Assembly (NCBI GenBank): GCA_049967855.1
Contig: JBMFRX010000001.1
Span: forward strand, 96,001 to 160,000
Source: Caldisericaceae bacterium
Lineage (GTDB): Bacteria > Caldisericota > Caldisericia > Caldisericales > Caldisericaceae
DNA length: 64,000 nt
Direction of reading: 5' to 3'
In this document: piece after piece, positions 1 to 9,944 of the stretch
Position numbering within the stretch: the first letter of the stretch is position 1
Layout: each line of letters opens with the position of its first letter
Made by a program: the position numbers and the translations under genes
The notes under the pieces: model-generated
The model's database searches: none
Seen by the model: the letters and a program-made list of their open reading frames with translations, nothing else
What the model was told of the DNA's origin: nothing

Positions 1-167
1 GCACTTTGATTTATCTAAATGAGAAAACCTCTTGACATAAAATGAGCATAGTAATTTGCAGTGCTGTCAAGTTGGTATTGCAATAAATAGCTTTTTCTTA
101 TAAACTTATAAAGTTATGTATAATAAGATTGAAGTAAATTTAAATTTAGTTTGTTGTAGGAGGAAAT

Positions 168-812
168 ATGGAAATTAAAACAATAAAGGGAGCACTTGCT
201 GCTGCCACAAGGACTATTAAAAAGTTCTTTGGAGAAGAAGCATTGAAGAAGAATGAGATCAATAACATAAGCGGTGTTATTCATACTAAATATTCCATTT
301 TTCTGGTGTATTTTGTAGAGCAGGTTGATAAGAAGTTCAGGTCTGCCTTTCCAGATATTGCAAAGCAGATTATGTGGGATGAAGGGATCAGGGTAAGCAA
401 GAAATCTGTGATAGATTTTGTTAACTTCCCCAACGTTGAGAAAAAGAAGCTTTCTATCGTTTTTGTGCTGCGAAATGGCGATATATTCCAGATATCTCCC
501 GTTTCTTTGATGAATTTCTGCGAAATTACAAACCTTGAAATTGAAGATAAGGGAGTGTACTACTTCTTTCCAACGATTTTCCTGAAGAAACTCGGGGGAC
601 AGGTTACTCAAAAAGAACAGAAAACTAAAAACAAATTGTCGCTTGTTTCTCAAATAAATTCTCTTGAAGAGCTCGACGAGGGTGATATGGAACTTGCTGC
701 GACTTTCAGAGATTTTGATGTGGATTTTTTTGGTGAAATTATCAGGACTCTTCAGAACATTGAGAAGCGCTTAGAGTCAATTGAAAACTATCTAAGCAGG
801 AGAAAAGTTTGA
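168..812 (+). CDS. hypothetical protein (214 aa)
   Basis: Strong RBS AGGAGG before ATG; stop overlaps the next start; no family recognised. Confidence 0.75.
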   Translation: MEIKTIKGALAAATRTIKKFFGEEALKKNEINNISGVIHTKYSIFLVYFVEQVDKKFRSAFPDIAKQIMWDEGIRVSKKSVIDFVNFPNVEKKKLSIVFVLRNGDIFQISPVSLMNFCEITNLEIEDKGVYYFFPTIFLKKLGGQVTQKEQKTKNKLSLVSQINSLEELDEGDMELAATFRDFDVDFFGEIIRTLQNIEKRLESIENYLSRRKV

Positions 813-1789
813 TGGTAAAATCTTTAAAAATTTTAATGATATTGATATTAACCATATTCTTTTCGTTCATAATCCTTGGGCATTCTTATATTCTATCAGA
901 TGATGGCACTGTGCATCAAGTTGTTTCAATTAGCTCTCTTGACTCAGCTGGCATAATAGAAAAAGCTTGTGTCGAAGTGCGCCCTGAGGATGTTATATAT
1001 TCAACGGACGAGTCCTTGACAAACTCGGAAGTTGTTACAATTAAACGCTCCAAGCCTGTGCAGTTGCAAGTAGACGGGAAGAAGTCAGTTTGCTACACTA
1101 CCGCCGAAACAGTTCAGGAGTTTCTACGGGAAAAGAAAATATCTCTTAATGAGAAAGACTATATAAGTGCTCCGCCTAATACCGCATTGAGCGCAAATGA
1201 GCTTATTTTAATAAATACTTATAAAGAGCAGGAAAAAATAGTTAAAGAGCCGATTGCCTATAAGACTGTATTTGAAAGCGATGCAAAAGTGGAGAAGGGA
1301 CTTGTTTTTTTGAAGCAAGTCGGCAAGGATGGCGTATTGGAAAAACATTACAAGGAAATATTCTTTGGCGGGCAGAAGAAAGGCGAGATTTTTGTTTACG
1401 ATAAGATTACAAAAGCGCCTCAGACTAAGATTTATGTAACAGGCGTTGCCTCATCTCCCAGAAATTACCTGAAAACCTACTCAATGGTATCGACGGCTTA
1501 CTCTCCAACGATTGCTGAAACTGACAGCAACCCCTGGATGACTGCAACAGGTTTAAGAAGCGGTTTTGGAGTTGTGGCGGTAGATCCAAAAGTAATTCCA
1601 CTCGGCAGTTTGCTTTATGTTTCAGGCTACGGTTATGCTGTTGCGGGTGACACCGGTGGAGCAATAAAGGGTAACAGGATAGATGTATTTTTCTACTCAA
1701 CAAGTGATGCCACAAAATGGGGAATAAAGAATGTTAAGGTTTATGTTTTGGAAGGTAAATGGAAATTTCCAGACAAATTAAGCTACTAA
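809..1789 (+). CDS. YabE/RpfB-like cell wall protein (DUF348, G5 and 3D domains)
   Basis: N-terminal TM; TTAETVQEFL DUF348-like repeat; G5-like GKDG segment; 3D motifs TAYS, VAVDPKVIPLGS, AGDTGGAIKGNRIDVF; usual position upstream of rsmA. Confidence 0.88.
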   Translation: MMVKSLKILMILILTIFFSFIILGHSYILSDDGTVHQVVSISSLDSAGIIEKACVEVRPEDVIYSTDESLTNSEVVTIKRSKPVQLQVDGKKSVCYTTAETVQEFLREKKISLNEKDYISAPPNTALSANELILINTYKEQEKIVKEPIAYKTVFESDAKVEKGLVFLKQVGKDGVLEKHYKEIFFGGQKKGEIFVYDKITKAPQTKIYVTGVASSPRNYLKTYSMVSTAYSPTIAETDSNPWMTATGLRSGFGVVAVDPKVIPLGSLLYVSGYGYAVAGDTGGAIKGNRIDVFFYSTSDATKWGIKNVKVYVLEGKWKFPDKLSY

Positions 1790-2574
1790 TCTCTGAATAC
1801 CAAATATTCCCAAGCGACAAACTTGGCCAAAACCATTTAATTGCAAGCTCTGGACTTAGCTATCTTGTAAATGCTATCAGTCCTAACGTAGATACAAGTT
1901 ACATTGAGATTGGGTCTGGCTTCCTGTTTTTGACAAGATTGGTAGCGCAGTTATCAAAAAAGGTATTTGCCATTGAGAAAGATACGCGCTTCAGCAACTT
2001 CTACAGAGATTTTTTTGAGAAGCCCGAGAATGCTAGCCTTAATATTGAGGTTGTGCAAGAAGATGCTCTGAAGGTTGACCTTGATGAATTTGAAGCCAGT
2101 CAGTTGTTTGGTAATATCCCATACTATATTTCAACTGAACTTTTTCTGAAGGTTGCATCTTCTAAAAATATAAATAGGGCAGTAATTCTTTTCCAGAAGG
2201 AGTTTGCTGACCGAATACTGGCTTTGCCTGGTACTCCAGAATACAGTTCAATAACTGTTTTTACGGATTTCTATTTTCAGAAGCACTTCTTGAAAACACT
2301 TCCTGAGAGTTTTTTTTATCCCCGTCCGACTGTTAGCTCATCACTGGTGGAACTGATAAGAAGAGATGTCCCTGATGTTAATCAGGAAGGCTTCTTCAGG
2401 TTAGTCAGAGCAGCTTTTGCTATGCGCAGGAAAAAGCTATCTAATAATCTTAGAAGCCTTTTTCCGCAGGGACAAGTTGTTGGGGCTTTAAGAAGGCTAG
2501 GACTTGATGAGCTAGTCAGAGCCGAGAAGCTCTCTTTAGACGACTTTGTCAAACTGTACAGAGTTTTGAATTGA
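1759..2574 (+). CDS. rsmA: 16S rRNA m6,2A dimethyltransferase
   Basis: LGQNHL, EIGSG, AIEKD, GNIPYYIS, FYPRPTVSS, F..RRKKL.N, RAEKLS motifs. Confidence 0.93.
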   Translation: MEISRQIKLLISEYQIFPSDKLGQNHLIASSGLSYLVNAISPNVDTSYIEIGSGFLFLTRLVAQLSKKVFAIEKDTRFSNFYRDFFEKPENASLNIEVVQEDALKVDLDEFEASQLFGNIPYYISTELFLKVASSKNINRAVILFQKEFADRILALPGTPEYSSITVFTDFYFQKHFLKTLPESFFYPRPTVSSSLVELIRRDVPDVNQEGFFRLVRAAFAMRRKKLSNNLRSLFPQGQVVGALRRLGLDELVRAEKLSLDDFVKLYRVLN

Positions 2575-2578
2575 ATAT

Positions 2579-2607
2579 TTGACTTTATTTAATTATCTAC
2601 TTATAAT
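2579..2607 (+). promoter_or_regulatory. sigma70-type promoter for the DUF296-valS-folC unit
   Basis: TTGACT-17 nt-TATAAT, followed by RBS AAGGAGG. Confidence 0.75.
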
Positions 2608-2634
2608 ATCACGAAATGAACTAAGGAGGTTTTT

Positions 2635-3057
2635 ATGATTATAAAAGAAGGAAATAGTACGATTGCAGTAAGATTTCAGGATGGTGAAGAGATATTTGAA
2701 TCTCTCAACATTCTGTGCAAAAACTATAACGTAAATTCTGCGGTTATATTAAGTGGTGTCGGAATGTTCAAGCATCTGGTAATAGGATATTGGAATGAGA
2801 AAGAATATGTTAAGAAAGAAAGAAACGAGCTGGTTGAAATTGTTTCACTTGAGGGCAATATTGGTGTAAGCGTTACAGAGGGGCAAACAATGATTCACCT
2901 TCATGTTGCTGTTGCTTTACCCGATTATTCAGTCGTAGGTGGCCATCTTGTGTCAGGCACGTTTTATAATGGAGAAGTCTTCATTGAAAAGCTGCACAAT
3001 ATTTCCATCTTAAGGAAGGAAGAAAGCAACGGTTTGGTCGGTTTAAACCCTGCTTAA
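2635..3057 (+). CDS. PPC/DUF296 domain protein
   Basis: EIVSLEGNI, HLHVAV and VVGGHL motifs. Confidence 0.88.
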   Translation: MIIKEGNSTIAVRFQDGEEIFESLNILCKNYNVNSAVILSGVGMFKHLVIGYWNEKEYVKKERNELVEIVSLEGNIGVSVTEGQTMIHLHVAVALPDYSVVGGHLVSGTFYNGEVFIEKLHNISILRKEESNGLVGLNPA

Positions 3058-3069
3058 TGAGCGTGCTTT

Positions 3070-5700
3070 ATGGAAAAGGCATACGATCATAAACTAGTTG
3101 AAGATAGAATATACTCTTTTTGGGAGTCTAATAACTGCTTTGCTTCAAAAATAACCCCTTCGAAAGATAAATTTGTCGTTATGATGCCTCCTCCAAATAT
3201 TACAGGAAGATTGCACATTGGGCATGCTCTCACTTTCACGTTACAGGATGTTTTCGTGCGGTTTAACAGGATGAATGGCAAAGAAACTCTGTGGCTCCCA
3301 GGGATGGATCATGCAGGCATTGCCACGCAATCGGTAGTCGAAAGAGAATTACTTGGAAGAGGCATCAAAAGAGAAGACCTGGGCAGAGAGAAATTCGTTG
3401 AGGAGATATGGAAGTGGAAGGAATCCTATGGGAATACTATTGTAGGACAACTAAAGAAAGTTGGCGCTTCTCCTGACTGGAGCAAATTACGTTTTACTCT
3501 CGACAAAGAATACGCAGATGCAGTTACAGAGGCCTTTGTTAGGTATTATAATGAAGGACTTCTTTACAGAGGCGAGAGAATTATTAATTGGTGTCCTCAT
3601 TGCCACACTGCCCTCTCAGATATTGAAGTCGAATACCAAAACGAAAGCGGGCATCTATATTTTATAAAGTATCCTTTTGAAGACGACCCTGAAAACTACA
3701 TAGTTGTTGCTACTACCAGACCTGAAACAATGTTGGGAGATACCGCAGTTGCCGTAAATCCAAATGATGAAAGATATAAGGAAGTTGTTGGCAAAACTGT
3801 TGTTCTGCCAATAATTGAGAGAAAAATTGAGATAATTGCTGATGACTCTGTCGACCCTGACTTTGGAACAGGCGCTGTGAAAGTAACGCCTTCTCATTCT
3901 ATGGAAGACTTCGAAACAGGTAAGAGGCATAATCTTGAATTTATTACTGTAATTGATGACAAAGCACGTATGATAAATGTTCCAGAAAAGTATCTTGGGC
4001 TTTCCGCAAGCGATGCGCGTAATACTCTTGTCGAGGACTTGCAAGAGCGGGGCTACCTTTTGAAGATTGTTGATTATGAACATTCTGTTGGACATTGTCA
4101 GCGTTGTGGAACAATTGTAGAACCGATTGTTTCCAAGCAATGGTTTCTATCTATGAAATCGCTTGCAGAAGTAGGTATGGATGCTGTCCAAAATGGGCTT
4201 GTCAAGATTACACCTGAGAAATGGGTCAAAGTCTACTACGATTGGCTGAGAAATATAAGGGACTGGTGTGTGTCGAGGCAGCTTTGGTGGGGGCATCGCA
4301 TTCCTGCTTACTATTGCGATGATTGCGGAGAAGTTATTGTATCTAAAACCAAGCCAGAAGTTTGCCCAAAATGCGGAAGTAAAAGAATAAGCCAGGACGA
4401 AGACGTTCTTGACACGTGGTTTTCTTCAGCACTCTGGCCTTTCGCAACTCTTGGTTGGCCAAACGATACGCCTGAACTGAATTACTATTATCCAACTTCT
4501 CTTTTGATAACAGGTTATGATATTCTTTTCTTTTGGGTTGCAAGAATGATAATGAGCGGCTTGCACTTTACAAACAAACAACCTTTTGATACGGTAATGA
4601 TTCATGGCTTGGTAAGGGACGAAAAAGGAAAGAAAATGAGCAAGTCTCTGAAAAACATTGTTGACCCTCTTACTTTGATTGATGAGTTTGGAGCTGATTC
4701 TCTAAGGTTTACGCTGGCTTCGCTTTCGACAGTAGGAGGGCAGGACATCAACCTCTCTAATGAAAAGCTAAAAGCCTCAAGGAATTTTATAAATAAGGTG
4801 TGGAATGCATCCAGATTTGTTATTATGAACCTTGAAGGTTTTGACCCTTACTCATTTGACGAGAGTGAAACTGAAATTGAGCTTGAGGATAGGTGGTTTT
4901 TGAGCAGGCTAAATAGGATGATTAAACGGGAAGTAGAGCTATTGTCAGATTATAACCTCGGAGATGCCTCAAGGGAACTGTATGATTTTGTTTGGAGTGA
5001 TTTCTGTGATTGGTATATTGAGCTTTCGAAGGTGAGGTTGTATGGAGAAAACGAGCACAGTAAACGCTCTGTGCAATTCACCCTTTTTGAGTCACTGTCA
5101 AAGGTTTTGAAAATGCTCCATCCATTTATCCCATTTGTTACTGAAGAGATTTATTCTTATCTTCCCCACAAAGACTTAGCACTCATTGTTTCTGAGTTTC
5201 CTAAAGAGGAATCTATATTTGAGAACGAAGATGTTGAGAAAGAAGCAAGTTTTATTTTCGAAGTAATAGGAGAATTTAGAAGCCTAAAAACAGAATTTGG
5301 ATTGCCAATTGTTAAGGGAGTTAGTGCCTACTTTACTTCTTTTGATCCAAACGAAGCTGCTTTGATTGAACAGCAAAAAAGCAAAATATCCAAGATTGCA
5401 GGCTTGACTGAATTGACATACGTTGAATCAAAACCTAAGAAAACTGTCAAAGGTGTCGTAGGGCAAACCACTGTCTTTATACAACTTCCTGAAACCGTTG
5501 ATTTGTCGAAAGAGAAAGCAAGTTTTATAAAGAAACTTGAAGCAACAGAAAAGGTTATTCGCAGTATTACAGGTAGATTGATGAACCAAACCTATTTACT
5601 TAAAGCCGACCCTGAGATAATAAAGAAAGATAGAGCCGATTTAGATGAGGCCGAGAAGCTTAAGAGAACAATACTGAGTCACATCGAGGATCTTGAATAA
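3070..5700 (+). CDS. valS: valyl-tRNA synthetase
   Basis: PPPNITGRLHIGH, DHAGIATQ, ATTRPETMLGD, KMSKS, C-terminal coiled coil. Confidence 0.98.
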   Translation: MEKAYDHKLVEDRIYSFWESNNCFASKITPSKDKFVVMMPPPNITGRLHIGHALTFTLQDVFVRFNRMNGKETLWLPGMDHAGIATQSVVERELLGRGIKREDLGREKFVEEIWKWKESYGNTIVGQLKKVGASPDWSKLRFTLDKEYADAVTEAFVRYYNEGLLYRGERIINWCPHCHTALSDIEVEYQNESGHLYFIKYPFEDDPENYIVVATTRPETMLGDTAVAVNPNDERYKEVVGKTVVLPIIERKIEIIADDSVDPDFGTGAVKVTPSHSMEDFETGKRHNLEFITVIDDKARMINVPEKYLGLSASDARNTLVEDLQERGYLLKIVDYEHSVGHCQRCGTIVEPIVSKQWFLSMKSLAEVGMDAVQNGLVKITPEKWVKVYYDWLRNIRDWCVSRQLWWGHRIPAYYCDDCGEVIVSKTKPEVCPKCGSKRISQDEDVLDTWFSSALWPFATLGWPNDTPELNYYYPTSLLITGYDILFFWVARMIMSGLHFTNKQPFDTVMIHGLVRDEKGKKMSKSLKNIVDPLTLIDEFGADSLRFTLASLSTVGGQDINLSNEKLKASRNFINKVWNASRFVIMNLEGFDPYSFDESETEIELEDRWFLSRLNRMIKREVELLSDYNLGDASRELYDFVWSDFCDWYIELSKVRLYGENEHSKRSVQFTLFESLSKVLKMLHPFIPFVTEEIYSYLPHKDLALIVSEFPKEESIFENEDVEKEASFIFEVIGEFRSLKTEFGLPIVKGVSAYFTSFDPNEAALIEQQKSKISKIAGLTELTYVESKPKKTVKGVVGQTTVFIQLPETVDLSKEKASFIKKLEATEKVIRSITGRLMNQTYLLKADPEIIKKDRADLDEAEKLKRTILSHIEDLE

Positions 5701-5702
5701 GT

Positions 5703-7037
5703 ATGTATTACTACAAGGATGCTCTTGATTACATCTACAGACTTGGTGGAAAGCAAGGCATCCCTGCTAAATATGACCTCAACAAAATAGAGAATCTATT
5801 AAGAATAATAGGAAATCCCCAGGACAAACAGAATTTTGTTCACATAACAGGGACAAAAGGCAAGGGTTCGACCACTAACTACCTTGCTTCTGTACTGAAA
5901 AGTACAAAGTACAAGGTTGGTATGTATATTTCACCTTCTCTCATTAACACATCCGAACGTATTTCAATAAACGGAGAGCTAATTGCACCGAAGGAGTTCT
6001 TATCTTATACAAATTTTCTCAAGGAGATTTATGATTCCCTGCCTGAACAAGATGTGCCTTCTACATTTGAGACATTTACGATTATTGCATTTTTGTATTT
6101 CCAAAAGCACTTAACGGATCTAAATATTCTTGAAGTTGGGCTAGGAGGGCGTTTAGATGCTACCAATGTTATCAAAGACCCGCTTGTCTCAATAATTACA
6201 GAGATAAGTTTTGATCATCAGAAGATTCTTGGTGATACACTCGAGAAGATCGCATTTGAAAAAGCAGGGATAATAAAAGACTATCACCCTGTTGTCATTG
6301 GAAGCGAAGTACCATCTGCTTACGAGACAATTATTAGAGTAGCTAAGGAAAGGAAGTCAAAATACTTTTTGCTCGGAAAGGACTTTTATCCCTCTAATGT
6401 TGTTTTGTCTGAAGAGGGCTCTATTTTTGATTTTATATCGCCTTCTCTTGGATGTAAAATCAGGAATGTCCAGCTGAGAATAGCAGGTTTGCACCAAGTG
6501 AGGAACGCTTCTGTTGCCATACAAGCTTCTATGATTCTTAAGTCGCTCGGTTACGACATAAGTGAAGATTCCATAAAAGTTGGCTTGAATAATGCATTTT
6601 GGCCTGCGAGATTTGAAATAATCAAGAAGCATCCGACTGTAATATTGGACGGAGCTCACAATGGGTCATCTGCAAAAGCTCTTGTAGAAACATTAAAGCT
6701 TTTTAGAAAAAATGTTGTATTTCTTTTTTCGATGCTTCAAGACAAGAATATTGAAACCGTTTTGGGAGTCCTTTCTCCTGTAGCTTCACGGTTTGTGATC
6801 ACAGAGGTCCCTTACTCTTATGGAAGGCGTTCTGACGCAGCAAGCCTTGATTTGTATTTGCGTAAATTTATAGAACCGTCCAGGATATACATTGAAAAAA
6901 ACCCTCGAGTTGCTTATGAGAAGGCAGTTAGGATGCTATCTTCCGACGAACTGCTTTGTGTTACGGGGTCTCTTTACCTTACGGGTTTTGTAAGAGAGTT
7001 CGAAAAAATTTTTACTTTTTCTTCTGATTTGCTATAA
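5703..7037 (+). CDS. folC: folylpolyglutamate synthase / dihydrofolate synthase
   Basis: HITGTKGKGS, LEVGLGGRLDATNV, DGAHN, TGSLY; follows valS. Confidence 0.96.
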   Translation: MYYYKDALDYIYRLGGKQGIPAKYDLNKIENLLRIIGNPQDKQNFVHITGTKGKGSTTNYLASVLKSTKYKVGMYISPSLINTSERISINGELIAPKEFLSYTNFLKEIYDSLPEQDVPSTFETFTIIAFLYFQKHLTDLNILEVGLGGRLDATNVIKDPLVSIITEISFDHQKILGDTLEKIAFEKAGIIKDYHPVVIGSEVPSAYETIIRVAKERKSKYFLLGKDFYPSNVVLSEEGSIFDFISPSLGCKIRNVQLRIAGLHQVRNASVAIQASMILKSLGYDISEDSIKVGLNNAFWPARFEIIKKHPTVILDGAHNGSSAKALVETLKLFRKNVVFLFSMLQDKNIETVLGVLSPVASRFVITEVPYSYGRRSDAASLDLYLRKFIEPSRIYIEKNPRVAYEKAVRMLSSDELLCVTGSLYLTGFVREFEKIFTFSSDLL

Positions 7038-7038
7038 T

Positions 7039-7524
7039 ATGGCGATGAATAGATTATACGATTTTTTGAACAGTTTTCTGCCGTGGCTTTCTAAGGGTGA
7101 CTTTTGGATAATAATTATCTCTATTATTGTGGCAATATTAGTTATGGCTTTTTATGTCTTTAATGATGCAAAAATGAGAGGCGGAAACAGTATTGTCTGG
7201 TTTGTTGTTACCATATTGCTCGGAGGAATTATTCCCTTTATCTTTTATTTGATGGTTCGTTCCCCTGTCACTCTTGACGAGCTTAAGGAAGAAGAAACAA
7301 AGAAGGAGGTGATAGAGCTAGAGCGAAAGTACTATGAGCTAATGATAGCTCGCGAGGTAAAGAAATGCCCTGTATGCGGAGAAGAAGTCAGTCCTGATTT
7401 TTTGTATTGTCCGCATTGTTTTACTCAACTTAAGAAACGTTGTCCTAACTGTGGTGCTGTAGTTGAGAAAGATTTGAAAATTTGTCCTTACTGTGGTTTT
7501 GTTTTTGAAGAAAGAAAGGAGTGA
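7039..7524 (+). CDS. membrane protein with C-terminal double zinc ribbon (alternative start 7045)
   Basis: Two N-terminal hydrophobic helices, then four CPxC motifs (CPVC, CPHC, CPNC, CPYC). Confidence 0.82.
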   Translation: MAMNRLYDFLNSFLPWLSKGDFWIIIISIIVAILVMAFYVFNDAKMRGGNSIVWFVVTILLGGIIPFIFYLMVRSPVTLDELKEEETKKEVIELERKYYELMIAREVKKCPVCGEEVSPDFLYCPHCFTQLKKRCPNCGAVVEKDLKICPYCGFVFEERKE

Positions 7525-7527
7525 ACT

Positions 7528-8943
7528 ATGAAACTATTTACTTATTCGCCTGGAGGAATATACCCAGACGAAGAAAAACTTACAAGGGAGAAAGCATTTG
7601 AACGTCTTCGTTCCCCATCTGTTGTCGTAATTCCTCTTTCGCAACACACGGGTGCCCCAAATACGCCGCTTGTAAAAGTCGGAGACCATGTTTTAGTTGG
7701 TACTTTAATTGGGAGCTCGAGTCAGTTTGTTTCAGCTCCAGTGCACTCATCTGTATCTGGAGACGTTATAGCGATAGAAGAAAGAATTGTCCCTTCAGGT
7801 AACAAAGTTCAGAGTGTGGTCATAAAGAATGATTTTAAAGACGAATGGGTTGAGCTTAAGGCTGTAGGGAATTTAGATTCAGTATCTAAAGAAGAATTAA
7901 TCAAAGTAATTCGTGACTCTGGGATAGTTGGTCTGGGAGGAGCAGCATTTCCAACAGCAGTAAAACTTTCTCCTCCAATGGGAAAAGTAATAAATACTGT
8001 TATTGCAAATGGTGCAGAGTGCGAACTTTACTTAACGACGGACCACCGGGTGATGCTTGAATTCACTGACGATGTAATAAACGGTCTATTAATTGAAATG
8101 AAGGCAACGGGTGCAAAAGAGGGTATAATTGCAGTTGAGAACAATAAAATTGATGCAGCAAATGCACTTGAACAGAGAGTCAAAGATCGCAACATCACAA
8201 ACGTTGAAGTTGTCCTGGTGAAGACAAAGTATCCCCAAGGTGGAGAGAAGCAACTTGTAAAGGCAATTCTTGGCAAGGAAATTCCTTCTGGTGGTCTTCC
8301 TCTTGATGTTGGGGTTGTTGTTCAGAACGTGGGCACTCTGAAGGCAGTTGCAGATGCTGTGCTGTCTGGACGCCCTCTTATAGAAAGAGGAATAACTGTT
8401 TCTGGGACGGCTGTCCAAAAGCCTGGCAACTACATTGTTCGTATTGGCACTCAAGTAAAAGACATAATAGACGAGCTTGGCTTAAATAGAAAACTTCGTA
8501 AGCTGATTTTTGGTGGTCCTATGACAGGAGTCGCTCAGTCAACCGTAGATGCACCTGTTGTAAAAGGCACATCAGGCATTCTAATGTTTGGAGAAGAAGC
8601 ATTTGATATGTCTCCTGATGAGGAATCCCCTTGCATAAGATGTGCAAGCTGTGTTGATAATTGCCCTATGGGGCTTTTGCCTACTTTGATTGATTATGCC
8701 TCGAGGCGTCAGGACCTGAAACTTGCAGAGGAATTGCATGCGCTTGATTGTATTGAATGTGGTGTTTGCTCTTATGTGTGTCCAGCGAATCGTCACCTTA
8801 CTGAAAATATCAAAAAAGCTAAGCAAGGTATTATAAAGCAGAAAAAAATCGAGGCTGCCAAGCAGGCTGCTTTTGAAAAATTGAAGGCTTTGAAAGAAAA
8901 AGAGAGACTCGAGAAACAAGCTCGCGAGGAGGTCCAGAAATGA
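7528..8943 (+). CDS. rnfC: Rnf complex subunit C
   Basis: QHTGAP, GIVGLGGAAFPT, KYPQGGEKQL, GGPMTG, two CxxCxxCxxxCP motifs. Confidence 0.96.
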   Translation: MKLFTYSPGGIYPDEEKLTREKAFERLRSPSVVVIPLSQHTGAPNTPLVKVGDHVLVGTLIGSSSQFVSAPVHSSVSGDVIAIEERIVPSGNKVQSVVIKNDFKDEWVELKAVGNLDSVSKEELIKVIRDSGIVGLGGAAFPTAVKLSPPMGKVINTVIANGAECELYLTTDHRVMLEFTDDVINGLLIEMKATGAKEGIIAVENNKIDAANALEQRVKDRNITNVEVVLVKTKYPQGGEKQLVKAILGKEIPSGGLPLDVGVVVQNVGTLKAVADAVLSGRPLIERGITVSGTAVQKPGNYIVRIGTQVKDIIDELGLNRKLRKLIFGGPMTGVAQSTVDAPVVKGTSGILMFGEEAFDMSPDEESPCIRCASCVDNCPMGLLPTLIDYASRRQDLKLAEELHALDCIECGVCSYVCPANRHLTENIKKAKQGIIKQKKIEAAKQAAFEKLKALKEKERLEKQAREEVQK

Positions 8944-9944
8944 ATCCCGATATGATTGACCTTTCAATATCAAGTGCTCCTTTTATCCGTGATAAGAGAA
9001 AAACCTTTCACATAATGCTTGATGTGCTGATAGCCCTTACGCCTGTAACAATTGGAAGTTTTGTGATTTTTGGTTTTAGGCATCCTTTTGGCATTATTCT
9101 TACAGCTGTATTGTCAAGCATTATAGCCGAATATCTCGGAGATATTGTTTTCAAGAAGAAACCTTCTATCTTTGATTTGTCGTCAGGCGTAACAGGACTT
9201 TTGCTTGCCCTTGTAATGCCGCCATCATCTCCTTATTGGCTCGTTGCCGTTGGAGCTTTTGTTGGTATATGGCTTGGGAAAGTTATTTTTGGTGGAATTG
9301 GTTCCAATCCTTTCAACCCTGCTCTTGTGGGGAGAGCAGTTTTGATGGTTTCCTGGCCGACTTTTATGACCCAGTGGATAAAGCCTAAGTTTCTTATGAC
9401 TGTTGCAGGTGCGACGCCGATTGATTCTATAACCACTGCAACACCTCTCGGCGTTTACAAGCTGCAGGGTTATGCTAAATTAATTGCGGACTTCGGCACT
9501 AAGAGCAATCTTTATAAGGCACTTTTCCTTGGCAATGTTGGAGGTAGTCTCGGCGAGACTTCAGCACTTTTGATTCTAATCGGTGGAATTTATCTTCTGG
9601 TAAGAAAAGTAATTGATTGGAGGATTCCTACTTCGTACATAGTTACTGTTTTCGTTTTTTCATGGATCTTTGGAAGAGATCCACTGTTCTCAATTCTTGC
9701 TGGAGGACTGTTCCTTGGAGCTTTCTTTATGGCTACAGATTACAGTTCTTCACCTATAACCCCAAAGGGCAAGATAGTGTACGGGGTTTTCATTGGTCTT
9801 ATGACAGTTATCATCAGGCAGTACAGTGCTTATCCTGAGGGAGTAATGTTCTCTATACTTCTTGGAAATGCATTTGTGCCCTTCTTTGATAAGATAGTAC
9901 CTCATGTGTACGGAGTTTTTAACAAGAAAGAGGTGAAACAATGA
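8940..9944 (+). CDS. rnfD: Rnf complex subunit D
   Basis: FGGIGSNPFNPALVGR, TATPL flavinylation site, GGSLGETS, AFFMATD, YPEGV. Confidence 0.96.
   Translation: MNPDMIDLSISSAPFIRDKRKTFHIMLDVLIALTPVTIGSFVIFGFRHPFGIILTAVLSSIIAEYLGDIVFKKKPSIFDLSSGVTGLLLALVMPPSSPYWLVAVGAFVGIWLGKVIFGGIGSNPFNPALVGRAVLMVSWPTFMTQWIKPKFLMTVAGATPIDSITTATPLGVYKLQGYAKLIADFGTKSNLYKALFLGNVGGSLGETSALLILIGGIYLLVRKVIDWRIPTSYIVTVFVFSWIFGRDPLFSILAGGLFLGAFFMATDYSSSPITPKGKIVYGVFIGLMTVIIRQYSAYPEGVMFSILLGNAFVPFFDKIVPHVYGVFNKKEVKQ

Noticed and set aside
3058..3069. T-box leader for valS
   Set aside because: Only 12 nt separate valS from the upstream gene and no T-box motif is visible
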